64,000 bases of DNA from Eledone cirrhosa (taxonomy: Eukaryota), in NCBI GenBank assembly GCA_964016885.1, contig OZ024748.1:49228001-49292000 (forward strand), given 5' to 3'. Below are positions 61,139 to 64,000 of this stretch, piece after piece. Numbering within the stretch: position 1 is the stretch's first letter; each line of letters opens with the position of its first letter. Below the pieces are notes generated by a model, which had not been told where the DNA came from, ran no database searches, and saw only the letters and a list, made by a program, of their open reading frames with translations. Made by a program: the position numbers and the translations under genes.

Positions 61139-61254
61139 GACTGGAAAGTATTGAAAAATTAAAAGATGGTAATCCTGAATCACCAACACGGTTACAAGCA
61201 TTTAAGAACACTTTGCAGGAAGGCATCAAAGAATGGAAGCGAAAGAATCCATAA
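61139..61254 (+). CDS. NCBP2AS2: NCBP2AS2 homolog exon 4 (stop)
   Basis: attcccag|GLESIEKLKDGNPESPTRLQAFKNTLQEGIKEWKRKNP*; total 246 nt = 81 aa + stop; AATAAA at 61741. Confidence 0.8.
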
Positions 61255-62130
61255 TTTATAACAAACTTTAGTATAGTTTTGAAACCAGAAGCTTCCCTCG
61301 CGTATTTTTCATATTTTGCTATTTCTAGAGGCCTTATTCAAAATGTACAATGTTGGATTTAGATATAAACCGAACTTTCTGAAGCTTGGGCATGTGGGGA
61401 GATTACAATCTACAGGGTAGGGCAACAAAATTATTAAGATTTATACTATATATACTTGTGTATATGTTACACTTCTATTTTACATACAACATTTACAATA
61501 CAACAGCAACTGTTTTAAGGCCATTGTCAAGTTATACATACAGCTGCATTTTAAGTGCACTTTTTACACTTAAATGTACTTAAAAACTCACACAAGTATA
61601 TGTACACAATACACCATAAAACTGGATGGTCACATCCTGTAACCATCTGATGTCGCTAAAGTAGTGGAATTTCAATGAATTGACTACAGGATAGACATTA
61701 AGTATTTTTTATTAAAAGTATTGATCTGGTGTGTCTGAAAAATAAAATCGAAAAGCCCATCAGGTGACAAGCCTTTGGCATTCCCAGGGCACATCTATCT
61801 TACTAGGCTCCACCCCTGCCAATAGGGCCCCCAGGGACAAATGCCTCATCTACACTACTATAAATCCGGCACAGTTTATATATATATATATGCAGTGGGT
61901 GCATATTATCTTAAATACTTCAATGTCCCTGAAAAAAATGAAAGAACATTTGATGTTAAAGAAAAAAGAAGATAAATGTGATTTTTGCAATGATTTGTCG
62001 TTTTTTATTTCACACATTTTTACAATTTATTTGTTTTCAGATAATCTTTGAAAAAAAAAAAAGGAAAACAATATAATTGATATATTAATTAGTATGTATC
62101 ACAGATATGCAATGTAAGATCACAGTTGAA

Positions 62131-62162
<32 letters not shown>

Positions 62163-62507
62163 GTGTGTGTGTGTGAGTTGTTGACCTGCATGGCTTGTTT
62201 GTATATGTGTGTTGTTACAGATGACTAGTTGATGTTGAAACCAGTAAATTACATCACCAGTGTGCATATAAACAGAAATACGTCATCATAAATGTGTATG
62301 TATATATATATATATATATATATATACGTCATCATAAATGTGTATGTATATATATATATATATATATATAAACACATACACAGAAACACATTGTTAACAG
62401 CTATGTGTATGTGTTGTAACAGCTAACACAATTACATCACAAGTATATATTTATATATACATTATATATATATTCATTATTAAGTAGAAATAACTACTGC
62501 AATGTTT

Positions 62508-62738
62508 ATAGAAAATGTATTTTCGGATGTCGAAAATAACTGTAAATACAGATACTTGCTATAAATAGCTTAAAAGCTCAGCTAGACTCTTTATAGACAG
62601 AAAAAAAGTATCTAGTAGCCATTATGTGGAATCAAACCTCATATATCTCAGATACTGGCTGAGTGCTCTAGCCATTTCTAAGCTATTTATAGCAACAGAT
62701 TGTATTTACAGTTATTTTTCTGCGTTTACATTTTCTAT
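62508..62738. repeat. Imperfect inverted repeat (MITE-like)
   Basis: aaaataactgtaaataca..ttgctataaatagctta / taagctatttatagcaa..tgtatttacagttatttt. Confidence 0.65.
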
Positions 62739-63695
62739 GTACTTTGTAGTTTCTCAGCACTTTGAAATTTCAAAGTTTACTGCAATGTTATAATGGAAGA
62801 AACAAATATAATAAACACTTCATAAAATAAATAGAATACTCATTAAGTTTTATCTCTAGTAAACATAGCATGGTAAATCTCACATAAACCTACAAATGCA
62901 CACTACAGCAAATTTAAAAACATAACACATCATAACTTTTTACATCATCATCATGCCCATGAGTTGGAATGAGACTTTTCAAAGCATGTTTTCAGTTTCT
63001 TATTGTCAGATACCCTACCCATCTTTATACCAACCCTAACATGTGATTTATGTAGACGGCTTTTTAAAAGTGTGTCTGGTCTAAAAGCTACATAAGATCT
63101 CATGCCAGAACTGAGCACCATATACACTGAAGCGGTCAAGCTTTGTATTGAACAGACAACCATTATATATATATATATATAAGTATAGTGTATTTGTGTG
63201 TGATGTTGATTCCAGAGTTGGGTGCGATCAGTGTTAATGACAAGCGCACCATGTGTCAATAAACATGATGTTATGTCGATACTTTGCTCCTGCTCCTTTT
63301 TATTATATATATATATATATATATTGTGAACATTTCTCAAACAGCCATGCTGCGGGACATATTGTTAATGGGGAAACTTAAACAATGTTAACACTGGTGT
63401 TATTTTATAAATGGCATTAATATGACATTTTGCAGTGATTGGTGCACACACACATACATATATCATGGTGCACACACATACATATATCATAATCATCATC
63501 AACCCCTTTTCAATGCTGGCATAGACAGGATAGGTTATCACAGACCAAGTCGGTTCTTAATGAAGATACTGTCCTCTCAGGCAGACCAGGGACCACATCT
63601 CACATTTGACACAGTTTCTACAGCTGGATACCTATCCTATATATATATACATACCCAGGAAAAACATACCTTATCAGTTGGATATTCTCTGGATA

Positions 63696-63729
<34 letters not shown>

Positions 63730-63909
63730 CATCTATTTTTACCTAGCTAGCAGTTAAAACTGATGTAAAATGATGAATATATATATATATATATATATAA
63801 ATCAGACTTTGTCCAGTTTTTATCTATCAAATTCATATGCAAGTATCTAAAGTAGAAAACCATAGCTAGGTATAAATGGAAGCAAAAATAGGTTACAAAT
63901 ATTCATAAT

Positions 63910-63974
63910 TCACCGGAGCTGCAGTAAGTCATCAGTGTTGAAATATTCAGAGAATTGCAAATGACACTCATCAC
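63910..63974 (-). CDS. Possible terminal coding exon of a convergent gene starting beyond the window
   Basis: tttcctgtgtggctatag|(G)DECHLQFSEYFNTDDLLQLR*; open frame only, no homology recognised. Confidence 0.25.
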
Positions 63975-64000
63975 CTATAGCCACACAGGAAATTCAAAGT

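Overview
AT-rich, microsatellite-dense eukaryotic (animal) DNA. The SINE/LINE repertoire is consistent with a coleoid cephalopod such as octopus (inference). Three host genes can be pieced together from splice sites and reading phase. (1) JAZF1 on +: 7 coding exons, 996-25642, 356 aa, with a long Q/P/S/T-rich C-terminal extension. (2) An 81-aa NCBP2AS2 homolog on +: 4 small exons, 54845-61254, absent from the ORF track. (3) The 5' end of a divergent minus-strand gene encoding MYACTRYIPSATRCM, probably ATP synthase subunit c, sharing an NRF1-site promoter with JAZF1. The rest is (TA)n/(TATG)n arrays, minisatellites, tRNA-derived SINEs, and fragments of RTE, CR1-like, Tx1, R4/Dong, CRE-like, Penelope-like and Chapaev elements, plus MITEs and a solo LTR. 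The most striking signal is about ten type-I minimal hammerhead ribozyme motifs with palindromic stem III, from several sequence families. One abuts the left arm of a near-perfect 150-bp inverted repeat. There is also a TA-inserted element with a perfect 40-bp terminal hairpin whose arms co-vary between copies, and a candidate HDV-like ribozyme at the 5' end of a (TATG)n-inserted repeat. Nearly all long ORFs in the track are microsatellite artefacts.
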